A stretch of 64,000 nucleotides of DNA from Squalus acanthias. Its lineage: Eukaryota. The stretch is from contig CM059432.1 in the NCBI GenBank assembly GCA_030390025.1, positions 119,724,001 to 119,788,000 on the forward strand. The letters are read 5' to 3'. Shown piece by piece: positions 55,239 to 64,000 of the stretch. The position numbers and the translations under genes are program-made. Each line of letters begins with the position of its first letter. Position 1 is the first letter of the stretch. Under the pieces are notes generated by a model. That model saw nothing but the letters and a program-made list of their open reading frames with translations. It did no database searches and had not been told where the DNA came from.

Positions 55239-56908
55239 TGTAGAATTCGCAATATATCGCGATTTGATTAATGAGGAGAAAACACAAAGTTTCGTTCAAA
55301 CAGCTTTTATTTCAGCAGAATGCTGGCAGGTTTAAATTGGACACAAGCAGCCTGTAAAATGGCCGCCGCACCTCGTGACAGAACATTCTAGACTTTTCAA
55401 CAGGCAGACAAGATGGCGTTCCAATAAACATTTGTGCAAGATCGATAACGATTCAGCACAGTGAAGATAATACACGAGACATTATGGGTTTGCAGTATAA
55501 ACACAGATACTGGAATCGGTCTCCCAGGTACAAAGGAAAGCCATTGTACCGAGTAATCAAGGGCCCATCCAAAAGACATTAATATGTAAATCCCAACGAC
55601 TCTACGATGAGAGAGCCGTTAGCAGGTAGTTATACAGGACACTTGGAAGCCCCAAACCCCTCCAGGGAGAACACCGACCGATTTAACAATGGGAGAAATA
55701 TTAACAGGCACTCAGACATTTATGAGTAGCCCCGAAACCCATTAAGAACGGAGATCACCCATACAAGACATTTGGGCGCCAAACCCTAAACAAAAGAATG
55801 GACATTATAGTTGGGCGGGAAACGGAAGATTTTTGCACTATAATTGCAGGCTCCAAACCGTCCATTCTCTCTCTTGCTCTTGCATTCGCTCGCTTGCTCC
55901 TGTGTTTTATCCGGTCGATTCGTAACCTCGTGGCTGCTCCTGTGTACTCGTAGTTGGGCTTCTGCTTGCCCGTTGCCTCTTCTGAAAAGACTGTTGAACT
56001 TTCTGATCCGTTCGGATCTACCTCATGTCGCGTAACGAAGACCTATGTTGGTAACTGGCAGCGGAACCAAAGGCCCGAGATGAGATGAGATGAGATGAGA
56101 TGAGAGGAGAAGAGAGGAAGACCATATCCATCGCCACGGTCAGTAAATCCCGACCGCGCCTGTAGGTCGATCAGCCAAGTTTTCCTCGCCAGGAAGATTT
56201 CTATTTTGAACTTTTAACAAAACATATTGCATCGACGATAACGGGACTGTGTCTAAGAAGACTGGTACGTGAAACCAACCAACAGAGATCTTCATCACAG
56301 CAGACGGTCCAGCCTACTAGCCGGAGCAGCAGAAGCAAGTAAACAAGTGGGACCAGGAGATCTCCTGACCGACACGTGGGTGCTGCGGTGAAAAACATCC
56401 GATCAGCTATTCGGAATTTCTCCGAGTTATCACGAGTGGTGAGCATGAGTCTCGAGATCCTACGAAGCTAGTTTAGGATAGATATTGATAGGGGAGGGTT
56501 TAAGGATTAAGGATATTTGTAATGTGTGCCCCTATTTACTTTGTGCCGTTCGTTCCTCGTTTCCCTAAGATCGACTATATAACTGTTTGTAAGATTGTAC
56601 TGTCATTAATCTGTGCTTATGACATGTATTTCATAATTTTAAGTATCATGCAATAAAGATTTTCCATTTCGTACCATTCAAACCAAGTCTACATGAGTTT
56701 TATCTCCATTACTGCTCTCGCATCTAAGTCCAGTGTCTAGAACCGTAAGGGAGAGTGATTCGAACCGCTCACAGGTGTGTCTAGTGTTCCCAGACTGGCT
56801 GGAGACCAGAACAGGCAACCAGGCCTAGACCCGCACTGACATACAGGCTGCACAGAGCCGCGTGAATCTCACAGGCTGCGAGACACGCAGGGTCAGGAAT
56901 CCCTTACA
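55239..56908 (+). repeat. 3' LTR
   Basis: Same length as 5' LTR; one difference noticed (ctcgtgtcgc vs ctcatgtcgc). Confidence 0.97.
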
Positions 56909-58439
56909 GTCTAGCCTTATTTTATTTATTTAATTAGATAATGTCTTTATTCAATGACTATTTATAGTTATATTAATTAGTTTAACTAGTTAAGTCATAA
57001 ATTTAATAAAGTGCATTATAGTTTCCCGCTCCTAGTTTAAACCACTGTCCTAGCTTAGAGAGAAACACACTAATACTCATCCACCAATCACCTGCCTGCT
57101 GTCCTGTGACGTCACTCCTTGGTTTTTGTTGCTGTTGAAATCGTTGGAGGTACCGCCACCTCGGTGCTGCCGCCGCTTAGGTCAATGCTGTCCTCTGCTC
57201 TGCTGTTTTAAACCCTGCCGCTGCCTCGGTGCTGCCACCGAGCCACATAAGGATAAATCAGGGCAGGTGACCAAAAGCTTGGTCAAAGAGGTAGGTTTTA
57301 AGGAGGGTCTTAAAGGAGGAAAGAGGGGTAGAGAGGCGGAGAGGTTTAGGTAGAGAATTCCAGAGCTTAGGGCCTAGGCAGCAGAAGGCACGGCCACCAA
57401 TGGTTGAGCGATTATAATCAGGGATGCTCAAGAGGGCAGAATTAGAGGAGCACAGATATCTCAGAGGGTTGTGGGGTTGAAGGAGATTACAGAGATAGGC
57501 CATGGAGGGATTTGAAAACAAGGATGAGAATTTTGAAATCAAGGCATTGCTTAACCGGGAGCCAATGTAGATCAGCGAGCACAGGGGTGATGGGTGAACA
57601 GGACTTGGTGCGAGTTAGGACATGGGCAGCCGAGTTTTGGATGACCTCAAGTTTACGTAGGGTGGAATGTGGGAGGCCAGGCAGGAGTGTGTTAGAATAG
57701 TCAAGTCTAGAGGTAACAAAGGCATGGATGAGGGTTTCCGCAGCGGATGAGCTGAGGCAAGGGCGGAGATGGGCGTTGTGTGTGGAGGTGGGAAATAGGT
57801 GGTCTTAGTTATGCCCCGTATATGTGGTCGGAAGCTCATTTCAGGGTCAAATATGACACCAAGGTTGCAAACAGAGTGGTTCAGCCTCAGACAGATGTTA
57901 GGGAGAGGGACGGAGTTTGTGGCAGGGACCGAAAACAATGGCACCTGCAAAAAACCATTAGCATAGCTTCAGGTGTGGATTAGGACAGGCCAAGCTCGCA
58001 CAGCCATGGTGGAAGTGAAAAATTGTGTGTAGGTTAAATTTACGGGGATGGGGACATTTAAGGACTGATTTTAACCCCCCTTTCCCCACCCGGTGGGAAT
58101 GGTGTCGGTGATTGGGGGGGCGGGGGGGGAGCAGAGGGTGGGGGGCTAAATTGACAAGGGGCTTGCACTGCATTCCTGGTGCATTTCTGCCCCCTCCCGA
58201 CTATTTTGACTTAATTGTCTTCAGGTACAGAACGGTCACTCACCCCAGAGGATAGGAACCTAATTTAAAGGGCAATTTTGTGTCTTAAAGGTGCATGCCA
58301 TTTTAGCCATGGGCATGACTGTGACCCACCCAGTCTCCATGATGCCATCAAGTCTGCTGTCCAAACTTTTGGGGAAAGTTCCAGCTGCACTAATTGTCTG
58401 CCAAAGTGTGATCTGGCCATCTCTGTCTTCAGATGCAGG

Positions 58440-59210
58440 GGCACTGGCAGGTGAGCATATAAGATCTCTTGTGCAGCCTGACTTGTGTGGCATCCTTCCA
58501 TAGATTCCCCTTTTATTCCAAACACATCATGTGAAGGATTCTCAATGAGGTCAGTCATGGTGCTGAGGTGCCGCCTTGGGGGAGTGGCTGTGGCTCTGTG
58601 GAGCAAAAACCTGCTGTCCTCTCTCAGGAGGACAGCATTCCTATTCCCACCACTGCCACTCCACCATTACCTTGCCGCTGCCTGTCAGCCAACCAGCCCA
58701 GACTTCTGCCACCCATGCCGAGGTGGTGCAGTCTACAGCTGGGCCTTCTAAGTCCACAGCTGGTTGAGGTCGGCCTGCAAGGCCATCTGAAGTCTTCCCC
58801 ATGGAAACTCAGCAGCCTTCCACCAGCCATGCTGCAGCCACTGGGGGAGCACTGCGTAGGAGCACCAGAATAGGAAATGGCACACAAACAAAAGGCACTA
58901 AGGGATTGCACAAGAGTGATTAGTTGATATTGTAATGTACTTTGAATAGTTCTTAATTTAGTAATTTTGTTTGGAATGTTTATTTTGTGGTGGCTCTCAT
59001 TTCAGCTTTGTGCCCAGGAGGATGCTGTGATATTTACTGACAGAGGGATGGTATGATGGGGATGTGGTTGATGTGGATGCGGTGAGCAACGGGGATCTGG
59101 GGATTCATTCACTCGAATCAGAGTCTGTTGAGGCATTCACGGACAGCCCATATGGAAGGGAGATTTGCTGCCTTCCTACTTGTCCTCCTCCTCCCCTTCC
59201 TCTTCTTTCT
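58440..59210. mobile_element. Harbinger remnant (Myb-gene 3' part on +, probable transposase acidic tail on -)
   Basis: AVLSQEDSIP and HAEVVQSTAGPS resemble Harbinger 2 AVLSQDDSIP and HAELVQSAAGP. Confidence 0.65.
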
Positions 59211-59309
59211 CCTACATACATAGATACATAGAAGATAGGAGCAGGAGTAGGCCATCCGGCCCTTCGAGCCTGCTCCGCCATTTAATGAGATCATGGCTGA
59301 TCCTCCAAT

Positions 59310-62177
59310 TCAGTATCCCGTCCCCGCCTTCTCTCCGTAACCCTTAACCCCTTTTGCCTGTAGAAATATATCTAATTCCCTCTTAAATATATTTAATGAG
59401 CTGGCGTACACTGCCCTCTGTGGCAATGAGTTCCACAGGTTCACCACCCTCTGAGTGAAGAAATTCCCCCTCATTTCTGTCCTAAATGGTTTAGCCCTTA
59501 TCCTTAAATTATGTCCTCTAGTTCTGTTCTCACCCGCCAAGGGAAACATTCCTTCTGCATCTAGTCTGTCTAGACCTGTCAGAATTTTATACACTTCTAT
59601 GAGGTCCCCTCTCAATCTTCTAAACTCCAGTGTGTACATCCCTAAACTACATAGTCTCTCCTCATAGGTCAATCCCGCCATTCCTGGTATCAGCCTGGTG
59701 AATCGCCGCTGCACCCCCTCCATGGCAAGAACATCTTTCCTCAGATGAGGCGACCAAAACTGTACACAGTACTCGAGGTGTGGTCTCACCAGTGCCCTGT
59801 ACAGCTGCAGCAAGGTATCCCTGTTCCTGTATTCCAACCCTTTTGCTATGAAGGCCAGCATACCGTTTGCCTTCTTGACCGCCTGTTGCACCTGCATGCT
59901 CGCCTTCAGTGACTGGTGTACAAGAACACCCAGGTCTCTCTGTACTTCCCCCTCTCCCAATTTATTGCCATTTAAATAATAATTTGCCCTCCCGTTCCTG
60001 CACCCAAGGTGGATAACTTCGCACTTGTCCACATTATAGTGCATCTGCCATTTATCCGCCCAATCACCCAGTCTGTCCAAATCGCTCTGGAGCTTCCTGG
60101 TCTCCTCCTCTGAGCCCACCCCCCCTCCTAGTTTAGTGTCGTCTGCAAATTTGGAAATGCTGCATCCGACTCCCTGATCCAGGTCATTAATGTAAATTGT
60201 GAACAGCTGGGGACCCAGGACAGATCCCTGTGGTACCCCACTTGTTACTGCCTGCCATTCAGAAAATGAGCCGTTTATTCCAACTCTCTGTTTTCTATCT
60301 GACAGCCAGTTCTCTATCCACGTCAATACTTTCCCCTTTATCCCATGAGCTTCAATTTTCCATGCTAATCTTTTATGTGGGACCTTGTCGAAGGCCTTTT
60401 GGAAGTCCAGGTACACCACATCTACTGGCTCTCCCCCATCTATTTTACCAGTTACTCCCTCAAAAAATTCCAATAGATTAGTCAAGCACGATTTACCCTT
60501 TGTAAATCCATGTTGACTCTGTCCTATCCTGTCCCCATTTGCTAAGTGCTTCGCTATTTCATCCTTAATGATGGACTCCAGCATTTTGCCCACAACTGAT
60601 GTAAGGCTTACAGGTCTGTAATTACCTGCTTTTTCCCTACCCCCCTTTTTGAATAGTGGGGTAACGTTAGCTACCCTCCAATCCATGGGCACTGTTCCCG
60701 AGTCTAATGAATTCTGAAAAATCATACTTAGTGCATCCGCTATCTCTAGGGCCACCTCCTTCAGTACCCTAGGATGCATGTTATCAGGCCCTGGGGATTT
60801 GTCCGCCTTCAATCCCTTTAGCTTCCTTAACACCATATCCTTAGAGATATTGATTTGCGTCAGTTCCTCCTTTGCCAATGTCCCTATTTTTCCCGATATC
60901 CCAGGGAGGTTTTTTGTGTCTTCCTTCGTAAAGACTGACCCAAAGTATGCATTTATTTGGTCTGCCATTTCCTTATTTCCCGTTATATATTCCCCCGTAT
61001 CTGACTGCAATGGACCAACTTTGGTTTTCACCAGTCTTTTCCTCTTGATATACTTATAAAAGCTTTTGGAGTTAGTTTTTATATTTTCCGCCAGCTTGCT
61101 TTCGTAAGCTATTTTGCCCCTCTTGATTAAGCCCTTTGTCCTCCTTTGCTCTATCTTAAACTGTTCCCAATCTTCCGCTCTGGCGCTTTTTTTGGCTATT
61201 TTATACGCCCTATCTTTGGATTTTATGCTGTCTCTAATTTCCCCTGTTATCCACGGTTGAGTCACCTTTTTAGATTTCCTTTTATGCCAGATTGGTATAA
61301 ACAATTTTTGCAATTTTGTCATTCTATCTTTAAATGCTTGCCATTGTTTATCTACCTCCAGTCCTCCCAGGAACGTTGTCCAATCAGACCTACTCAGTTC
61401 CCGTCTAATGGCATCATAATTCCCCTTGTTTAAATTCAGGACCTTAGTCTCTGAGTCAATTTCTTCGCTCTCCATTTCGAGTGAGAAATCAATCATGTTA
61501 TGATCGCTCTGACCCAAGGGTCCCCGTACAACAAGATTACTAATTAGTCCCTTCTCATTGCACAGTACCCAGTCCAATATAGCCTGTTCCCGAGTTGGTT
61601 CCTCGACATATTGATCCAGATAACCATCCCTTAAACACTCAAGGAATTCCTCCTCCTCATTATTTTTACTGATTAGGCTAGTCCAATCTATATGTAAGTT
61701 AAAGTCACCTATGATGACAGCTGTGCTCTTATTGCACGCTTCTCTAATTTCCCTCGTGATGCCCTCCCCAACCTCTATTTTACTATTTGGAGGCCTATAT
61801 ACCACTCCTATTAATGTTTTTCGCCCCTCGCTATTTCTTAGCTCCACCCATATAGATTCTGTATTAACTGAGTTAATATCCTTCCTTTCAATTGCATTTA
61901 TCCCCTCTTTTACCAGCAATGCTACCCCTCCTCCCTTTCTTTTTTGTCGATCCTTCCTAAATACTGAATACCCCTGTATGTTAAGCTCCCAGCCCTGCTC
62001 ACCCTGCAACCATGTTTCCGTAATCCCAATTAGATCATAATTATTAACCTCTAGTTCCACAGCTAATTCATCTACCTTGTTCCTGATGCTTCTCGCATTA
62101 AGGTATAAAACCCTCAGGCTTTTTTTATGCTCACATTTTTTATGAATTAGTTTGGCCCTTTGTTTTTTGTTCCTCAC
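59310..62177 (-). CDS. CR1 ORF2: APE endonuclease + reverse transcriptase (955 aa)
   Basis: YLNARS, ITETW, GDFN, SDH; SPGPD, YRPVSLTS, GVPQGSVLGP, FADD. Confidence 0.97.
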   Translation of the reverse strand: MRNKKQRAKLIHKKCEHKKSLRVLYLNARSIRNKVDELAVELEVNNYDLIGITETWLQGEQGWELNIQGYSVFRKDRQKRKGGGVALLVKEGINAIERKDINSVNTESIWVELRNSEGRKTLIGVVYRPPNSKIEVGEGITREIREACNKSTAVIIGDFNLHIDWTSLISKNNEEEEFLECLRDGYLDQYVEEPTREQAILDWVLCNEKGLISNLVVRGPLGQSDHNMIDFSLEMESEEIDSETKVLNLNKGNYDAIRRELSRSDWTTFLGGLEVDKQWQAFKDRMTKLQKLFIPIWHKRKSKKVTQPWITGEIRDSIKSKDRAYKIAKKSARAEDWEQFKIEQRRTKGLIKRGKIAYESKLAENIKTNSKSFYKYIKRKRLVKTKVGPLQSDTGEYITGNKEMADQINAYFGSVFTKEDTKNLPGISGKIGTLAKEELTQINISKDMVLRKLKGLKADKSPGPDNMHPRVLKEVALEIADALSMIFQNSLDSGTVPMDWRVANVTPLFKKGGREKAGNYRPVSLTSVVGKMLESIIKDEIAKHLANGDRIGQSQHGFTKGKSCLTNLLEFFEGVTGKIDGGEPVDVVYLDFQKAFDKVPHKRLAWKIEAHGIKGKVLTWIENWLSDRKQRVGINGSFSEWQAVTSGVPQGSVLGPQLFTIYINDLDQGVGCSISKFADDTKLGGGVGSEEETRKLQSDLDRLGDWADKWQMHYNVDKCEVIHLGCRNGRANYYLNGNKLGEGEVQRDLGVLVHQSLKASMQVQQAVKKANGMLAFIAKGLEYRNRDTLLQLYRALVRPHLEYCVQFWSPHLRKDVLAMEGVQRRFTRLIPGMAGLTYEERLCSLGMYTLEFRRLRGDLIEVYKILTGLDRLDAEGMFPLAGENRTRGHNLRIRAKPFRTEMRGNFFTQRVVNLWNSLPQRAVYASSLNIFKRELDIFLQAKGVKGYGEKAGTGY

Positions 62178-62251
62178 CCTTTTACCATTTATTTCTGTCT
62201 GCCTTTCACTTTCCTCTATTTCACTACATAGGTTTCTAGCCCCCTGCCATA

Positions 62252-63199
62252 CTAGTTTAAATGCTCCCGAACTGCTTTATCAAAAATTACCCCGAGAACA
62301 TCAGTTCCATCTTTGCACAGGTGTAGACCGTCCCTTTTGTATAGGTCACACCTACCACAAAACTGGTTCCAATGCCTCAAAAATTTAAAACCCTCCCTCT
62401 TACACCACTGCTCAAGCCACGTATTTAGCCTAACTATCCTGTTCTCTGTACTCTTACTAGCACGTGGCACTGGTAGTAATCCAGAGATTACTACCTTCGA
62501 GGTCCTACTTTTTAGCTTGGCTCCTAACTCCCTAAATTCTACTTGTAGGACCTCTTCCCTTTTTTTAGCTACGTCGTTGGTACCAACATGTATCACGACA
62601 ACTGGCTGTTCCCCCTCCCCTTCCAGAATGTTCTGCACCCGCGCCGAGACATCCTTGACCCTTGCACCAGGGAGGCAACATACCATCCTGGAGTCTCGGT
62701 CGCGACCACAGAAACCCCTATCTATTCCCCTTACAATCGAATCCCCTATTACTATAGCCCTGCCACTCTTTTTCCCTCCCTTCTTTGCAACAGAGCCAGT
62801 CATGGTGCCATGAGCCTGGCTGCTGGTGCCTTCCCCCGATGAGTCATCCCCCCCGACAACAGCACCTAAGGCGGTGAACCTGTTGCTAAGGGAGACAACC
62901 CCAGGGGATTTCTGCACTACCTTCCTGCCCTTGCTCTGCCTTTTGGTCACCCATGTACTATCTACGCTGGCCTTAACCTGCGGTGTGACCAACTCACTAA
63001 ATGTGTTATCCACAACCCTCTCAGAATCATGGATGCTCCAAAGTGAGTCCATCCGCAGCTCAAGGGCCGTCATGCGGTCCCACATGAGCTGCAGCTGGAC
63101 ACACTTCCCGCACACATGGTTGTCAGGGACACAGGAAGCGTCCCTGATTTCCCACATGTTACAGGAGGAGCATGACACAGGTCCGAGCTCTACTGCCAT
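62252..63199 (-). CDS. CR1 ORF1: zinc finger/leucine zipper + SGNH esterase-like domain (315 aa)
   Basis: CSSC...CGKC, IGDSIV, HVGTND, DGLH. Confidence 0.95.
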   Translation of the reverse strand: MAVELGPVSCSSCNMWEIRDASCVPDNHVCGKCVQLQLMWDRMTALELRMDSLWSIHDSERVVDNTFSELVTPQVKASVDSTWVTKRQSKGRKVVQKSPGVVSLSNRFTALGAVVGGDDSSGEGTSSQAHGTMTGSVAKKGGKKSGRAIVIGDSIVRGIDRGFCGRDRDSRMVCCLPGARVKDVSARVQNILEGEGEQPVVVIHVGTNDVAKKREEVLQVEFRELGAKLKSRTSKVVISGLLPVPRASKSTENRIVRLNTWLEQWCKREGFKFLRHWNQFCGRCDLYKRDGLHLCKDGTDVLGVIFDKAVREHLN

Positions 63200-63642
63200 G
63201 ACTTAACCCTTATATTACTTTTTAATTTTCTAGTTTTAGTTTATTTATTGACTATTGTTTTCCCGAAGCTTACTTAGACCAATGTATACTGTACTCCTCT
63301 TATTCCTTTTTAAACTAACCAAATCCCACTAGTTTTAGTTTTACTTTCTAGGAAGGTTTGAGGAAAGTACTTACCAGTTAGTCTTACCTCCCTGGTCTTT
63401 CGCTGACTTCCCGGTCTTGTGTCCCCTTGGTCCTACGCCGACTTCCCACTCCTCCCGGTTCCTGCCCTGCTGAAAAGAAACTGAGACCAAAAAATTTTTG
63501 ACCTCTGTTTTTAGACTGCTAAAAGACTAGTAGGTTAGAGGAGGAGGGCGGGTGGGGGTTCCTACTCTGTAGGAACTCGGGTTTAAGCCACCACCCTCCT
63601 TAAAAGCCGTTCACCTGGGTGCTTCCCACCTGGTCCGCTTCC

Positions 63643-64000
63643 GGTCTCGTCGCTCCCGACAACAGCCTGTGAAGAAAAGCCCGCGAAAGTGAGTTCAAAT
63701 ACTCACAGCACCTCTGGTCTCGTCGCTCCCGACAACAGCCTGTGAAGAAAAGCCCGCGAAAGTGAGTTCAAATACTCACAGCACCTCACAGCACCTCTGG
63801 TCTCGTCGCTCCCGACAACAGCCTGTGAAGAAAAGCCCGCGAAAGTGAGTTCAAATACTCACAGCACCTCTGGTCTCGTCGCTCCCGACAACAGCCTGTG
63901 AAGAAAAGCCCGCGAAAGTGAGTTCAAATACTCACAGCACCTCACAGCACCTCTGGTCTCGTCGCTCCCGACAACAGCCTGTGAAGAAAAGCCCGCAAAA
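63643..64000. repeat. Tandem array, alternating 73/83-bp units
   Basis: Unit starts ggtctcgtcg at 63643, 63716, 63799, 63872, 63955; longer units carry an extra ctcacagcac. Confidence 0.97.

Larger units (their letters stand above)
44168..56908 (+). mobile_element. Complete endogenous retrovirus-like provirus (lokiretrovirus-like), gag-pol-env all open
   Basis: Two 1670-bp LTRs, TSD GTCT (44164-44167, 56909-56912), PBS, PPT, three intact ORFs; lineage label inferred from architecture. Confidence 0.97.
40110..57235 (-). mobile_element. Full-length decayed CR1 LINE, 5' UTR interrupted by the provirus
   Basis: ORF2 fragments 40326-~43000, ORF1 fragments 43199-44157 (CLDCSMW, DGLHLN); 5' UTR continues at 56913 with ccaatca...tgacgtca as in the CR1 at 35161-35220. 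Confidence 0.88.
39282..57925 (-). mobile_element. L2-type LINE split by nested insertions (own sequence at 39282-39354, 40098-40110, ~57236-57925)
   Basis: Pieces are collinear with the uninterrupted copy at 32960-33210; LGVIFDPEMSFRPHI and LKTYLFDQAF motifs. Confidence 0.7.
59212..64000 (-). mobile_element. Intact full-length CR1 LINE (5' end runs off the window)
   Basis: Two uninterrupted ORFs, short 3' UTR, tacatacatagatacatag tail. Confidence 0.95.

Noticed and set aside
55083..55271. Accessory ORF between env and 3' LTR
   Set aside because: Short, called from a non-ATG start, runs into the LTR; no supporting motif
63643..64000. CRISPR-like periodicity
   Set aside because: Units repeat in full with no unique spacers; eukaryotic context

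Overview
Transposon-dense eukaryotic DNA with no confident host gene. The repeats (HE1-like V-SINE, Deu-type SINEs, esterase-ORF1 CR1s, Penelope pLTRs) suggest a cartilaginous fish, which is an inference. The main feature is one very young, env-bearing retrovirus-like LTR family present in two forms. (1) A complete provirus at 44168-56908 (+) has 1670-bp near-identical LTRs, a GTCT target duplication and a tRNA-Arg(UCG) primer site. Its gag is joined in frame to pol across UGA-CUAG; Pol is PR-RT-tether-RNaseH-IN plus a long tail, and Env is F-protein-like with an Ig-like domain (lokiretrovirus-like architecture). (2) A tandem three-LTR non-autonomous derivative at 12731-29663 (-) has the ~3.6-kb enzymatic part of pol replaced in frame by a 245-bp coiled-coil cassette, while gag, the readthrough signal, the Pol tail and env stay open. 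Together they look like a helper/satellite pair. The rest is nested Harbinger transposons and MITEs, CR1/L2 LINEs (one intact CR1 with a 5' monomer array), SINEs and Penelope fragments with hammerhead cores, one forming a ~490-bp palindrome. Most retroelements lie on the minus strand.
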